From positions 6,426 through 70,425 of the forward strand of contig CBDDAB010000016.1 in NCBI GenBank assembly GCA_965224685.1: a DNA stretch of 64,000 nt. The letters are read 5' to 3'. The translations under genes and the position numbers were made by a program. Every line of letters starts with the position of its first letter. Within the stretch, counting starts at the first letter, position 1. The notes beneath the pieces were generated by a model. The model had not been told where the DNA came from. It ran no database searches and saw only the letters and a program-made list of their open reading frames with translations. Shown here one piece after another: positions 25,936 to 35,546 of the stretch. The stretch is from Verrucomicrobiales bacterium (GTDB lineage: Bacteria; Verrucomicrobiota; Verrucomicrobiia; Verrucomicrobiales; DEV007).

Positions 25936-28900
25936 TTACGCCGAATCATCCGTTTTCTGTTTCACCTTTGAGTCAACGGCGACGGGAAGTTCCTGAGTGG
26001 GTTCAGGGGCGTCTTTACCTGCATGAACCGGAACAACTTTGATTTCCACATCAACGGGCACGGAGCGAAGTCCGGCGATGATCTTCTCCAACTGGGAGAC
26101 GGTGTCATCGGCCAGGGTTGCCGGTTGCGAACGGTCCTTGGCCGCTTCGGCGATCGTTTTCTCGATTTGATTGATACCAGTGGTGAAGGCGGAGAGTTGG
26201 CCAACGATCCGGGATACGGGATCGTTGTCTCCAGCGCCGCCAACTAGCAGATTGCGTTGGAAAGTCTCCTTGATGTCTGCCCAGCGGGCGGTTTCTTCTT
26301 CGGTGAGTGCCTCCTCCATTTCTTTGAACTTGAGGAGATTCGCTTCAGCACCGGTAGTGAGAGTTTGGGCTTCGTTCTCGTAGTGATCATGAATGACTCC
26401 TATCACTTCCTCATCAGTCATGATGGGAAGGATCTTTTCTGCAATGCGGTTCATATTGCGGTAGGAACCTTGCAGCTTGAACGGAGGTTCCGTTCGGTAT
26501 TCGTCCGCTTGGGCTGCGGAGCGAATGTATTCGAGATTCACACGGAGAATGGTATCCCGTACGCGGAATAGTTTTTTCATCACCGCAACGAGTTCGGTGA
26601 CTTCTTCGGCACTGTAATTACCCTCGAATTCGGCGCCGTCTCGTCCACCTGTGGTCGCGATCTGCATGATGGCGTAAACGTCTTTCTGACTCTTTGCAGC
26701 AAGCGTATTGAGTACGGCATTACTGGTTAGGCAGTTCTCAATATAGGAGTCTTTAAACGCGTCCGCATGCCCCCCGATGATGTCACCAAGGTTGTACGTG
26801 TCTGCGCGGTTGGCGAGCATGTCCGGAATCTGGAATTTGCCGCCTTGTTCGGTGTAGGGATTGCCCGCCATGACCACCGCCACTTTACGACCTCGAAGAT
26901 CGTAGGTTCTGGCCTTGCCGTTGAAGACACCCTCCATGCGACGTTGGCCGTCACACAATGAAATAAACTTCTGCAAGAACTCCGGGTGACAATGTTGGAT
27001 ATCATCGAGATAAATCATCACGTTATCCCCCATCTCCAACGCGAGATTGAGCTTGTTCACCTCTTCGCGTGCACTGGCGTTCGGAGCTTCGTTGGGATCA
27101 AGCGACGTGACCGTATGACCAATGGCCGGGCCGTTGATCTTCATAAACGTCAATCCTAAACGATCCGCCACGTATTCCATGAGCGTGGTTTTCCCGTAAC
27201 CCGGAGGTGAGATGAGTAATAGCAGCCCCATGCGATCGGCACGCGTCTCTTCTCCGGCAACGCCGATCTGTTTGGCGAGATTATCGCCGATGAGAGGAAG
27301 ATAGACGCGGTCAAGGAGCCGGTTACGCACAAACGAACTCATGACCCGAGGCTTGAATTCATCGAGTCGCATCTTCTCTCGCTGATTTTTCGCTAAGGCA
27401 GCTTTGCCGTGGGTGTAACGTTCATACACTGGAACGACATTCTGACAAAACGCCTGCAAGCGGTTCATGAATCGATTGTAGTGTAAGCTGTATAGTCCTT
27501 CATCAACAACCGAATGGGAACCAAGCATCCCTTTGATATCGCATGAGATAGCCACTTTTCCGGTAGCAGAGACATCGCTACCGCGAAGCAAATGCACGCT
27601 AGCTTCGTTGAGATAGGGATGCCCCGAAGAAAAACCGCTTAGCCAATCGCGAATGACTTCAAAACGATCTAACGGATGTTTCTCCAGTTTCTTTATGATC
27701 TCTTGAAAGCGCGCTTGTTGACGCTTGCCGGTAAGATGCGTTTGAAACTCTTTTATCAACTGAGCCGCTTCCGGGCTCGCGGTGACGTGTTTGGCATTGG
27801 CCAACTCATAAAGAAGATACTCCGCGGCTTGAAGATTGGCGCCGTTCTCAATCACGGGTGGCATCTCGGCCAGCCGTTGATGGAGCACTTCAATATAGTG
27901 CTTTTGTTCATCGCGATCTGGAAACAATTCTTGGACGGCACCGAAGGAAAGCAGCTGATGCTCGAGCACTTTCTTGTCGTCATCCTCCACCCAGGACTCC
28001 CAAAGCAATAGGCCTTTCGCTCTAGCATCCGCGTCATAGCGCAATAAACCGATCGACTCGCGGATGCGGTAAAGTTCCTTTAGTAGTAAGAGCGCATCGT
28101 GATCATGGACACCTTTGGTATAGCCTTCTGCATAGCGAGGCGCCATGAATTGGCGGAGATCATCTTCGTTCTCCGATCGGGACTCATTGGTGAGAAAGAA
28201 TCGGTAGGCTAAATACTCGGAACGATAGATATCGCTGTTCTCAGAGATCAGTTCCTGTTCCCAAACGGACTCCGTCTCAAGAAAATCAGGATCGCTGATC
28301 GCCTCAAAATACCGCGTGCCCGTTAAGTGATAGCACATGGTGTCTTCATGGGGAACGATGGTGAGTTCCAAGTCTTGTTGATTGACGGAAAAGCGGTGAT
28401 TGCCGAATTGGATAATGTTTTGTCCATCAACATAGAGCTCGCGACGGTCTTTAAGTTGACGGACAGCTTCTTCCCGCAAGGTCTTGAGTTGCGTCTGAAT
28501 GCCATCTGCTTTGACTGGATCGTCAAGCTCCTGCAACTGGACGACAATATCCCGCACCTTCTCGATCATCAAATCAGAGGCGAGATAAGCATTGATCTCT
28601 GAGATCTCTTCAAATCCCGCGAGGCGTTTCTGCACACCCTGAAGAATGCGCTCGGCGGATTTTTGAAGGTTATTGGCTCGCTTGTTTCGCGACTCGACTA
28701 AGCTTACTTTTCGCGATTCGAAAGCGTCATAAACTTCGGTGCGTTTATCCGAGAGCTCGGAAACAAAGTCGTCAAACTCCGCATACTTGCTTTCGAGTTC
28801 CTCCAATTGCACCATCACCTTAGTGAGGCTCTCCTCGCATTTCGCGGGTTCATCACAGAGATCGAGGTAATTAACCACGGCTTGATTAAGCAGTTTGATC

Positions 28901-30972
28901 TCGGCGTGAAATTGCGCACTGCCTTCCGCTTTGCCCAACTGAAGGACGCGGTTTTTTAACTCGACTTTGACTTGATTAAGAATCGAATAGAGGTCGGAAA
29001 TACTTTCGATGATCTGCGTGGTCTGCGTCGCATCTTCTATCTTCAAGTTGCCAACGATTTCGATCAATAGCTCAAGCTCGTGACCGGCTTCATTGAGCTG
29101 CTCACCGACTTCTTTTCCCTCCGCGACCTTCGCCACTTTGGCGACCGCAGCTTTCTGTTCCTCGATCGCTTGGCTATATGGGTCTAAGGCTTCCGGTTTA
29201 AGGAGAAAAGCGACACATCGTTGGGAAAGGCGTTCGGTGACCTCTTGAATCTCGGCTTCCAGGGCATCGACGGCTTTGGTATCGGCATATCGCAGGTCTC
29301 TTATAGATATGGTTTCGCCGCGGACAGTGCGTAGTTCAGACAGATGATGAACGAAGCCCATGATGTCATCTGGAGCACTGTGCTCCGCTTGGCTCATGAG
29401 CCTGCGTGCCCTGGTCGTCACGTCCTCAGATTCGCTCGCGGCGGTTTGACGAAGTCGAAGGACTTTATCGAATTCGTCAATAGCCGATTGAGCAGCCGTT
29501 TGTAGCGCTGTTAACGGTTCCTTAAGACGATGGGCCTCGGCATGATCAATCCAGAAATAGCTATTGGCAATATCGGCCGTGCGTTTCGCTAAATCGACGT
29601 AGAGATCCGCATAGGTATCATCTTTATGAAGCAAATTGAGCACTTCATGACACTCCGCCATGCAGCGCACGATTTCCGCATTGCCGAGTTTATAAAGATA
29701 ATGATCGCTCTTCGCGGTGGCAAGTTGGATATCGGGATCGTGATAGGGCGTTTGCCAAACCTGCAGGACGTGATGCTTTTGTGGTTGATCTTCGGTGCGG
29801 AAATAAACGAGTTCACCATTCGGAAAGACACTATATCCGTGGCAAGAAATGGGCGTATCGACCTGACGACCGATCACATTATAGGACATAAGGATATAGT
29901 CCCCCGACGCGCGATTGTAGAAAATATAAAAGTAATCCTCACCGTTCGGTGCCGCAATTCGTCGTTCGAAAAGCATCTTGGAGAGACCGCTCTCGAAAAG
30001 TTTGGTCTCACCGCTTTGTAGATGAAACCCGTTTGAAAAGATCACGCCGTGATCGTCCGGCAGGAGAACGCACGAGTCCTCAATCGAATCCACACGGGTC
30101 ACCGATTGCAGCTTCTCGTTGTAAATGAAATACCGAAAAGCGTCTTCCTGGTAAGGGCGAATTTTAACGAGAATGAGATTGCCAATAAGGGCATAGAAGA
30201 TCTCGGCGTCGTCTAAGGTCTGATCAACTTCCTCGACGGGTTCAGCATAAATGCCCTCACCGGATTCGGTGTTATCCTCAATCTTGATCGTCAGATCGCC
30301 ACCGACGGTTTCGACAAACAAGCGGTCCTCAATGGAAACGTGAGGATGGTCGCCACTTCGTTGCATATCGCGGTGGGCGCGCGTCCATTCAAACTCCTGT
30401 TGTTCAGGAAATTGATATTCGTGATCAAAACGATTTCCTAGATACTCCAGTTGGCCGTTTCCGTGAAGTAGCCATTTGAAAGTCTTGATATCAGTCACAT
30501 CACGCCCCGTGCGAAAAGCCATATAGAGATGTGGTCCAATCAGGAGAAACTTCGCAAATACCGTTTGTTTGTAATACTTGTAGAGATGCCCAAAGTCGTA
30601 GAGGAAATTGTCGTCACGAAGAATCTCTTCGACCGGCAGGGCGCTGAAACGATGGCTTTCTGCATCGTACTGATAGGTGGCAAAGACATCCGCTGGGGCC
30701 GTCGTGGACTTGAGGCCGATATGCACATTGAAGCCAAAGAGAAAACGTCCGCCACCAATGGCCACCATATCCCGGGGAATACAGTTGTTAGGGGTCGTGA
30801 CACGCTCCGTGGCGACAAGCTCCGGTTCCACGGCGCCGAACACCTCTTGGCGTTCGGCGTTGAGTTTGGTTAGCCGGGTCCGGAGATCTTCGCCATGGCT
30901 CGAGAGCCGCTGGCGAATGATCTCATACGTGCCTCCATCCAGGGTATCCGGCGTTGCTGAGTCCTCTGGCAT
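25936..30972 (-). CDS. Giant 1678-aa protein. It has an N-terminal beta-rich region, a central long coiled-coil/helical region and a MoxR/AAA_5-like AAA+ ATPase module at aa ~1230-1420. It is translationally coupled to the upstream flotillin gene.
   Basis: Walker A ISPPGYGKTTLMEY at aa ~1257 (nt ~27185-27200). Walker B VMIYLDDIQH at aa ~1320. A sensor-like VVMAGNP. Heptad-rich E/K/L segments occupy the middle third. The start ATG (30970-30972) is separated from the flotillin stop (30974-30976) by one nucleotide. Confidence 0.6.
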   Translation of the reverse strand: MPEDSATPDTLDGGTYEIIRQRLSSHGEDLRTRLTKLNAERQEVFGAVEPELVATERVTTPNNCIPRDMVAIGGGRFLFGFNVHIGLKSTTAPADVFATYQYDAESHRFSALPVEEILRDDNFLYDFGHLYKYYKQTVFAKFLLIGPHLYMAFRTGRDVTDIKTFKWLLHGNGQLEYLGNRFDHEYQFPEQQEFEWTRAHRDMQRSGDHPHVSIEDRLFVETVGGDLTIKIEDNTESGEGIYAEPVEEVDQTLDDAEIFYALIGNLILVKIRPYQEDAFRYFIYNEKLQSVTRVDSIEDSCVLLPDDHGVIFSNGFHLQSGETKLFESGLSKMLFERRIAAPNGEDYFYIFYNRASGDYILMSYNVIGRQVDTPISCHGYSVFPNGELVYFRTEDQPQKHHVLQVWQTPYHDPDIQLATAKSDHYLYKLGNAEIVRCMAECHEVLNLLHKDDTYADLYVDLAKRTADIANSYFWIDHAEAHRLKEPLTALQTAAQSAIDEFDKVLRLRQTAASESEDVTTRARRLMSQAEHSAPDDIMGFVHHLSELRTVRGETISIRDLRYADTKAVDALEAEIQEVTERLSQRCVAFLLKPEALDPYSQAIEEQKAAVAKVAKVAEGKEVGEQLNEAGHELELLIEIVGNLKIEDATQTTQIIESISDLYSILNQVKVELKNRVLQLGKAEGSAQFHAEIKLLNQAVVNYLDLCDEPAKCEESLTKVMVQLEELESKYAEFDDFVSELSDKRTEVYDAFESRKVSLVESRNKRANNLQKSAERILQGVQKRLAGFEEISEINAYLASDLMIEKVRDIVVQLQELDDPVKADGIQTQLKTLREEAVRQLKDRRELYVDGQNIIQFGNHRFSVNQQDLELTIVPHEDTMCYHLTGTRYFEAISDPDFLETESVWEQELISENSDIYRSEYLAYRFFLTNESRSENEDDLRQFMAPRYAEGYTKGVHDHDALLLLKELYRIRESIGLLRYDADARAKGLLLWESWVEDDDKKVLEHQLLSFGAVQELFPDRDEQKHYIEVLHQRLAEMPPVIENGANLQAAEYLLYELANAKHVTASPEAAQLIKEFQTHLTGKRQQARFQEIIKKLEKHPLDRFEVIRDWLSGFSSGHPYLNEASVHLLRGSDVSATGKVAISCDIKGMLGSHSVVDEGLYSLHYNRFMNRLQAFCQNVVPVYERYTHGKAALAKNQREKMRLDEFKPRVMSSFVRNRLLDRVYLPLIGDNLAKQIGVAGEETRADRMGLLLLISPPGYGKTTLMEYVADRLGLTFMKINGPAIGHTVTSLDPNEAPNASAREEVNKLNLALEMGDNVMIYLDDIQHCHPEFLQKFISLCDGQRRMEGVFNGKARTYDLRGRKVAVVMAGNPYTEQGGKFQIPDMLANRADTYNLGDIIGGHADAFKDSYIENCLTSNAVLNTLAAKSQKDVYAIMQIATTGGRDGAEFEGNYSAEEVTELVAVMKKLFRVRDTILRVNLEYIRSAAQADEYRTEPPFKLQGSYRNMNRIAEKILPIMTDEEVIGVIHDHYENEAQTLTTGAEANLLKFKEMEEALTEEETARWADIKETFQRNLLVGGAGDNDPVSRIVGQLSAFTTGINQIEKTIAEAAKDRSQPATLADDTVSQLEKIIAGLRSVPVDVEIKVVPVHAGKDAPEPTQELPVAVDSKVKQKTDDSA

Positions 30973-30973
30973 C

Positions 30974-33028
30974 TTAACCAGCCAATGACTTCATCACCTT
31001 GTTCGCTTTCTGATCGGCCAAGCCCAGGCGCTTGGCCGCCCCCAAGAGACTTTGCAGCTTCCCTTCAGTGGCTTGATCATCCGTGGTGGCGATCATTTGC
31101 CCTAGCAGACCGGCGATACTGAGATTCTTCAGATCTTCGGATGTGATGCCGAACTGATCTATCCATGTGGAGAGTTGCGATCTGAAGTAATTGGGATCGC
31201 CATTAAAGAAAGTTTCCTTAACGTCTGTTAGAGCACGGCTATTCTCAAGGGCGCGGTCAACGGATTTGCCGGTGGTGATCGCGCCGGCGATTTTATCAAA
31301 GAAGGCGGTTTCGCCGCCGATGATATCGACTCGAGCGTTCTCCAGCGCTGTGGAAACGACTTCCGAATGGCGTGAGGCGATCTCCTTCTGCGCCGTGATA
31401 TCGGCCAGTTCGACCACTTTCTGTTTCTCAAGCTGCAAGCGGAACTCCTCGTGATCTTTGCCTTCGCCATCGAACTGCTTCATGGCATCGGCTTTCTCGG
31501 TGATTCCCTTGGCTTCTGCGAGGGCCTTCAGTTCGGTGACCTTCGCTTCAGCGGCACCTTGTTTCTGCGTGGCAATGGCGGTCGCTTCAAGCACTTGCAC
31601 TTCACCCAAACCAGGTGCAGCGGTTTCGGCGGCGGTGGCATCAGCCAAGGTCTTCTTCGCTTCGGCAGTCTTGAGGGCGGCGGCTTGTTCGGCCTCGGCG
31701 GCTATGAGGATTTCCTCCGCATGCAATTCGGCCGATTCCTTCTGCGCTTCGGCAGCCTTGACGGTTTGATAGAGTTCTTCATCGGCTTTCAACTGAGCCG
31801 CTTCTTTGGCCGCTTCGGCTTCCTTGATCTTCTTCACCAGTGACTCTTGGGCCTCCATTTCTGCTAGAGTGACCTTCACTTGCTTCTCACGATCGGCACC
31901 GGCGAAGGCCTCAGTGTCTTTGATCTTTTCTTGTTCAATGACAACCGTTTTCTCGACGGCGACACGTTCTTTGATCACGTCTTGAATATTCTTCTTCTCC
32001 ACCTCTACGGCTTTGTCGCGCTCGATGCCCTTCAGGGCGGTAACGCGGTCGCGCTCGATGACCTCTAACATCCGGTCACGTTCCACGCGTTCGCCTTCCA
32101 CGGCATCGGTCCGCTCTTTATTCCGCTGGGCCACGATCACTTGACGGTTCTTATTCTCTTCGGCGATCTGCACCTCTTCTTCGGTGGCGATTCTTGCGCG
32201 TTCGGATTTCAGACGCTCCTCTTCGCGCACTTTCTCTGCTTCAGCATGTTCGCGGGCCTGAACGGATTCTACTTCGCGTTTCTGTTTCGCCTCGGTTTCA
32301 GCGAGCTGTCGGTTGAGTTCGAGGATCGCTTCTTCTGCTTCGACATCTTGTTGGCGAATAACACGTTCTTTATCGCGTTCGATCTGGTTGGCGAGCTTGC
32401 GTTGTTCCGCGGTGAGATCGGTGATCTTTTTAATACCCTCGGCATCGAGAATATTGTCAGGATTAAGCATTTCTAAGGAGGTCTGCTCCAAGTGATCAAT
32501 GGCGCAATCATCGAGGACGAATCCGTTCAGATCCGTGCCGATAATCTTGAGGATTTCTTCGCGGAAGGTGTCGCGTTCTTCATAGAGTTCGGCGAAATCG
32601 AAACGTTTGCCGACTGTCTTCAGAGCTTCCGAGAATTTCGCATCAAAGAGATCTTGAATCTCCTTCTGGCTGGAGGCGCGATCACATCCCACGGCCGCGG
32701 CGACGCGTTTGACGTCTTGTTCTTCGTTATTAACCCTGACAAAGAACACAACTTTAATGTCAGCGCGGAGATTATCTTTACAGATTAGACCTTCTTTGGC
32801 CATGCGTTGGATCTCGATGCGTTTCACGGAGATATCCATGATCTCCGAGCGATGAAGAACGGGGATGACGAGCATCCCGGAGAAGGAGACGCGCGTGCCG
32901 CCTTTGCCGTTCCGAACCAAGGCCTGACCTTGCTCGACCTTGCGATAGCATTTGATGATGAGGACGGCCAGACCCAAGCCAATGATGATGGCGGCCGCGA
33001 TAAGGAAGTAGAGGAGTGCTTGTGGCAT
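30974..33028 (-). CDS. yqiK: Flotillin-like SPFH/band-7 domain protein (YqiK-like) with a long EA-rich coiled coil.
   Basis: N-terminal TM (LYFLIAAAIIIGLGLAVLII). SPFH domain (GQALVRNGKGG...VIPVLHRSEIMDISVKRIEI...). ~350 aa of E/A/K-rich coiled coil and a flotillin-type C-terminal region. Confidence 0.85.
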   Translation of the reverse strand: MPQALLYFLIAAAIIIGLGLAVLIIKCYRKVEQGQALVRNGKGGTRVSFSGMLVIPVLHRSEIMDISVKRIEIQRMAKEGLICKDNLRADIKVVFFVRVNNEEQDVKRVAAAVGCDRASSQKEIQDLFDAKFSEALKTVGKRFDFAELYEERDTFREEILKIIGTDLNGFVLDDCAIDHLEQTSLEMLNPDNILDAEGIKKITDLTAEQRKLANQIERDKERVIRQQDVEAEEAILELNRQLAETEAKQKREVESVQAREHAEAEKVREEERLKSERARIATEEEVQIAEENKNRQVIVAQRNKERTDAVEGERVERDRMLEVIERDRVTALKGIERDKAVEVEKKNIQDVIKERVAVEKTVVIEQEKIKDTEAFAGADREKQVKVTLAEMEAQESLVKKIKEAEAAKEAAQLKADEELYQTVKAAEAQKESAELHAEEILIAAEAEQAAALKTAEAKKTLADATAAETAAPGLGEVQVLEATAIATQKQGAAEAKVTELKALAEAKGITEKADAMKQFDGEGKDHEEFRLQLEKQKVVELADITAQKEIASRHSEVVSTALENARVDIIGGETAFFDKIAGAITTGKSVDRALENSRALTDVKETFFNGDPNYFRSQLSTWIDQFGITSEDLKNLSIAGLLGQMIATTDDQATEGKLQSLLGAAKRLGLADQKANKVMKSLAG

Positions 33029-33049
33029 AATGGTGTGGTTAAATCGGGT

Positions 33050-33766
33050 TTATTCTGATGCTGTTATGAGTGAGGAATCGAGTTTGCGAACGAGGTAAGT
33101 TTGAGGTGATTCGTGTAGATCGACGACTAAAGCCTGATCGCCTTTGGATAGGGGCGGCTGCCCATCAGAGATCCTCACATTGATGAGAATCGGAGCACCT
33201 TGATCATCCTCAGCCTCGGCCTGGCCGAACTCGGTCGTGACCTCGCTGGTCTTGATCACGCAGGTGCGGCCAACGACCGGGCGGTGCTTTTCACCGGCCT
33301 TCAAGGAGCGCATCATGGGCTTAAGAGGCGCTGTGAGGAATTTGGTTAGGAAAAGACCGCCGATAAAACTCAGGCAGAGAAATCCGAAGGCGACGCCCAA
33401 TGACTGGCCTGGATTGTAGTAGTAATTGAGCAGAAGACAGGCCGCCCACATCAAGGTGATGAGAACCGAAACGAGGACCATGAGGGGAATCTCTCCGAGA
33501 TTGAAGAACCGGAACAGTCCAAGGCTGCCCGCATCGTGAGAATGATGCGCATGCGCGTCAGCATCGAGATCGGCGTCGGCATCCATATCAACATCCACAT
33601 CGGCGTCGACATCGATATCGGGTTCCAAGCTATCCGTGTCCACAGCTCCAAATATCGTCAGAATCCAGAATAGCAGGACTAATCCAAAGAGTACGGTAAG
33701 AGGAAAGTTATAAATCCTCAGTGCTTCCTGCAACAATTCGCTCATGGGTGCCAAGACAGTTTCCAA
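33050..33766 (-). CDS. yqiJ: NfeD-like membrane protein (YqiJ-like partner of flotillin).
   Basis: TM helices. An acidic/His-rich loop (DIDVDADVDVDMDADADLDADAHAHHSHD) as in YqiJ. A C-terminal soluble OB-like domain. It ends 21 bp upstream of the flotillin gene on the same strand. Confidence 0.7.
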   Translation of the reverse strand: METVLAPMSELLQEALRIYNFPLTVLFGLVLLFWILTIFGAVDTDSLEPDIDVDADVDVDMDADADLDADAHAHHSHDAGSLGLFRFFNLGEIPLMVLVSVLITLMWAACLLLNYYYNPGQSLGVAFGFLCLSFIGGLFLTKFLTAPLKPMMRSLKAGEKHRPVVGRTCVIKTSEVTTEFGQAEAEDDQGAPILINVRISDGQPPLSKGDQALVVDLHESPQTYLVRKLDSSLITASE

Positions 33767-33872
33767 TGGTGGCCACGTTATCGGTCACCGATGGCTTAGC
33801 GATTATAATGCCTTGAAGGCTTTGTAAAGAATGTGAAGCAGATTAACTGTTCGCGATCGTATCTAGACAAAT

Positions 33873-34595
33873 GTGAGAAAGGGCGGTTGCGACAAGGAGT
33901 TTTCCCGACAAACGATCTGGAGCCAACCAACTCCGATACCCTCGGGGCCGACACCTCCGCCCGCAGCGCCCCCATCATTGTTGCCGGCAGCGAAAACGTC
34001 GCGAGCTGCCATTCTCTCATTACTACTGGGCGTGCCCGCGCTCTTTATCGGCTTGCCACTTGGCATTCTCGCGCTTCTGCTAGGCTTTATCGCGCTGGCT
34101 CGGATCCGCGGTTCGAAAGGCCTCAAGAAGGGAAAAGGTTTGGCCATCGCCGGCATGGCTTTGGGCGCTATTGGATTGGCCATTTCGGCTTATCTGATCG
34201 TTCTCACCACCAAACACGGAATCGCTAATCAATCGGCCCTATCCAAAGCAGAAAGTCATATCATCTCCAGTAGAGAGGGTGTGTTCTACGGAAACACGGC
34301 GGAGGCCAAGATCGCCGCCAAGCGTTTTTCCGAGACCATGAAAACCCTGCGCGAATCCTTCTTTGAGGCGAGTGATGAGGAACGCTTCCTCACGAAAGAT
34401 GAGTTCGTGACACACTGTGAGATTCACGATGACACCTGGGGGCGTTCTTGGTTCACGTGCCGCAATGGCGCCGGTTTACGAAAGATGCGAAGGATTCGCT
34501 CTGCGATCTTGGTTGGTCCACGGCGCAACGCATCATTGAAGAGAGCGGCAGCTCTCCGACCCGGTTGGCGTCAAGGGCGTCTTGCTCTATCATAA
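33873..34595 (+). CDS. Hypothetical membrane protein with a DUF4190-like two-helix segment. The 3' region may be degenerate.
   Basis: Pro-rich N-terminus then LLGVPALFIGLPLGILALLLGFIALARI...AIAGMALGAIGLAISAYLIVL. All three + frames stay open over 34.4-34.75 kb, suggesting decay or a frameshift. Divergent from yqiJ. Confidence 0.3.
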   Translation: MRKGGCDKEFSRQTIWSQPTPIPSGPTPPPAAPPSLLPAAKTSRAAILSLLLGVPALFIGLPLGILALLLGFIALARIRGSKGLKKGKGLAIAGMALGAIGLAISAYLIVLTTKHGIANQSALSKAESHIISSREGVFYGNTAEAKIAAKRFSETMKTLRESFFEASDEERFLTKDEFVTHCEIHDDTWGRSWFTCRNGAGLRKMRRIRSAILVGPRRNASLKRAAALRPGWRQGRLALS

Positions 34596-34771
34596 CATCT
34601 ATGTGGGTAGATTTGATCCCACGAAAGAGAATGTTCGCACGCTTGTTCAAGAGAGGAGCAAGGACTCAGAGATTCTCGAGACGTTCTTTCCTGAACCGGA
34701 GGTCGTTTCCGACCCAGCATCCGCAGAAACGCCGTCGTAAAAGTGGGACGGGCGTGTTTGGCCGTCGGATC

Positions 34772-35539
34772 CTAGCGTCGACGTTTGAAAGGGTGCCAGA
34801 GTTGACCGAGGTAGGATCGGGGAATGGGTTCTTTAATCCCGAAGGCTTCTGGTTCGTGGCCGGGATGGCGATAGGTGCCGAAGAAGATATCCATCAAAGG
34901 CGATAGATTGGCGTAGTTCCCGGCATCGCGATCGCGGTCGTGATGCCAATGATGCAGTTCCGGCGCGCCTAGCAACATTCGCAATGGACCTAACGGAAGC
35001 TTGACATTGGAATGGATGTAGACGGCCCAGAGACCGCGGAAGGCAAAGAACCCCGCGAGCATTTCTAACGGAAAACCTAAGAGGAATGCCGGCAGATTGA
35101 TAATGGTGACGGTGTAAATGGTGTCTAACGGATGTTCGCGATGCGAAGCCAGCCAGTCGAGGTGTTCCGCGCTGTGGTGTACGGCATGGAATCGCCAAAG
35201 AAAGCCCACGCGGTGTTGTAGCCGATGGCCCCAGTAAATGAACAGATCGCTGAGAAAGATCAGCTCAATCACTTGCAACCAGAAAGGTTGCGCAGCCACC
35301 GCCGATCTGAAAGACGTCGGAATGAGGGCGGTGAGCCAATTGCCAAAAGCCGCGATAGCGGTGAAGACGAGACCTGACCAAAGGAGGTATTGTCCTAACA
35401 AGAAGAACAAATCGGTCCACCATTCCGGTCTAAAGAACTTCTGGTCTTTGGCAGGAAAGCATTTCTCCAAAGGCCGGAAGACCGCGACAAGCGCCAGGAT
35501 GCTGGCACCGGTCATGAGGATGGTGAGCGGCCAAGTCAT
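34772..35539 (-). CDS. Fatty acid hydroxylase / sterol desaturase family membrane protein.
   Basis: Histidine boxes HRLQHR, HAVHHS, HHWHHD. Multiple TM helices. Confidence 0.75.
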   Translation of the reverse strand: MTWPLTILMTGASILALVAVFRPLEKCFPAKDQKFFRPEWWTDLFFLLGQYLLWSGLVFTAIAAFGNWLTALIPTSFRSAVAAQPFWLQVIELIFLSDLFIYWGHRLQHRVGFLWRFHAVHHSAEHLDWLASHREHPLDTIYTVTIINLPAFLLGFPLEMLAGFFAFRGLWAVYIHSNVKLPLGPLRMLLGAPELHHWHHDRDRDAGNYANLSPLMDIFFGTYRHPGHEPEAFGIKEPIPRSYLGQLWHPFKRRR

Positions 35540-35546
35540 CGGGATG

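Noticed and set aside
31191-32788. Plus-strand ORFs rich in Gly/Phe/Leu (for example 31451-31843) opposite the flotillin coiled-coil region.
   Set aside because: They are artefacts of the repetitive GAA/GCC/AAG codon usage of the E/A/K-rich coiled coil on the other strand.
33451-33651. Minus-frame ORF rich in Met/Trp/Pro inside the NfeD-like gene.
   Set aside because: It is an alternative frame of the acidic/His-rich loop (GAT/GAC repeats) and not an independent gene.
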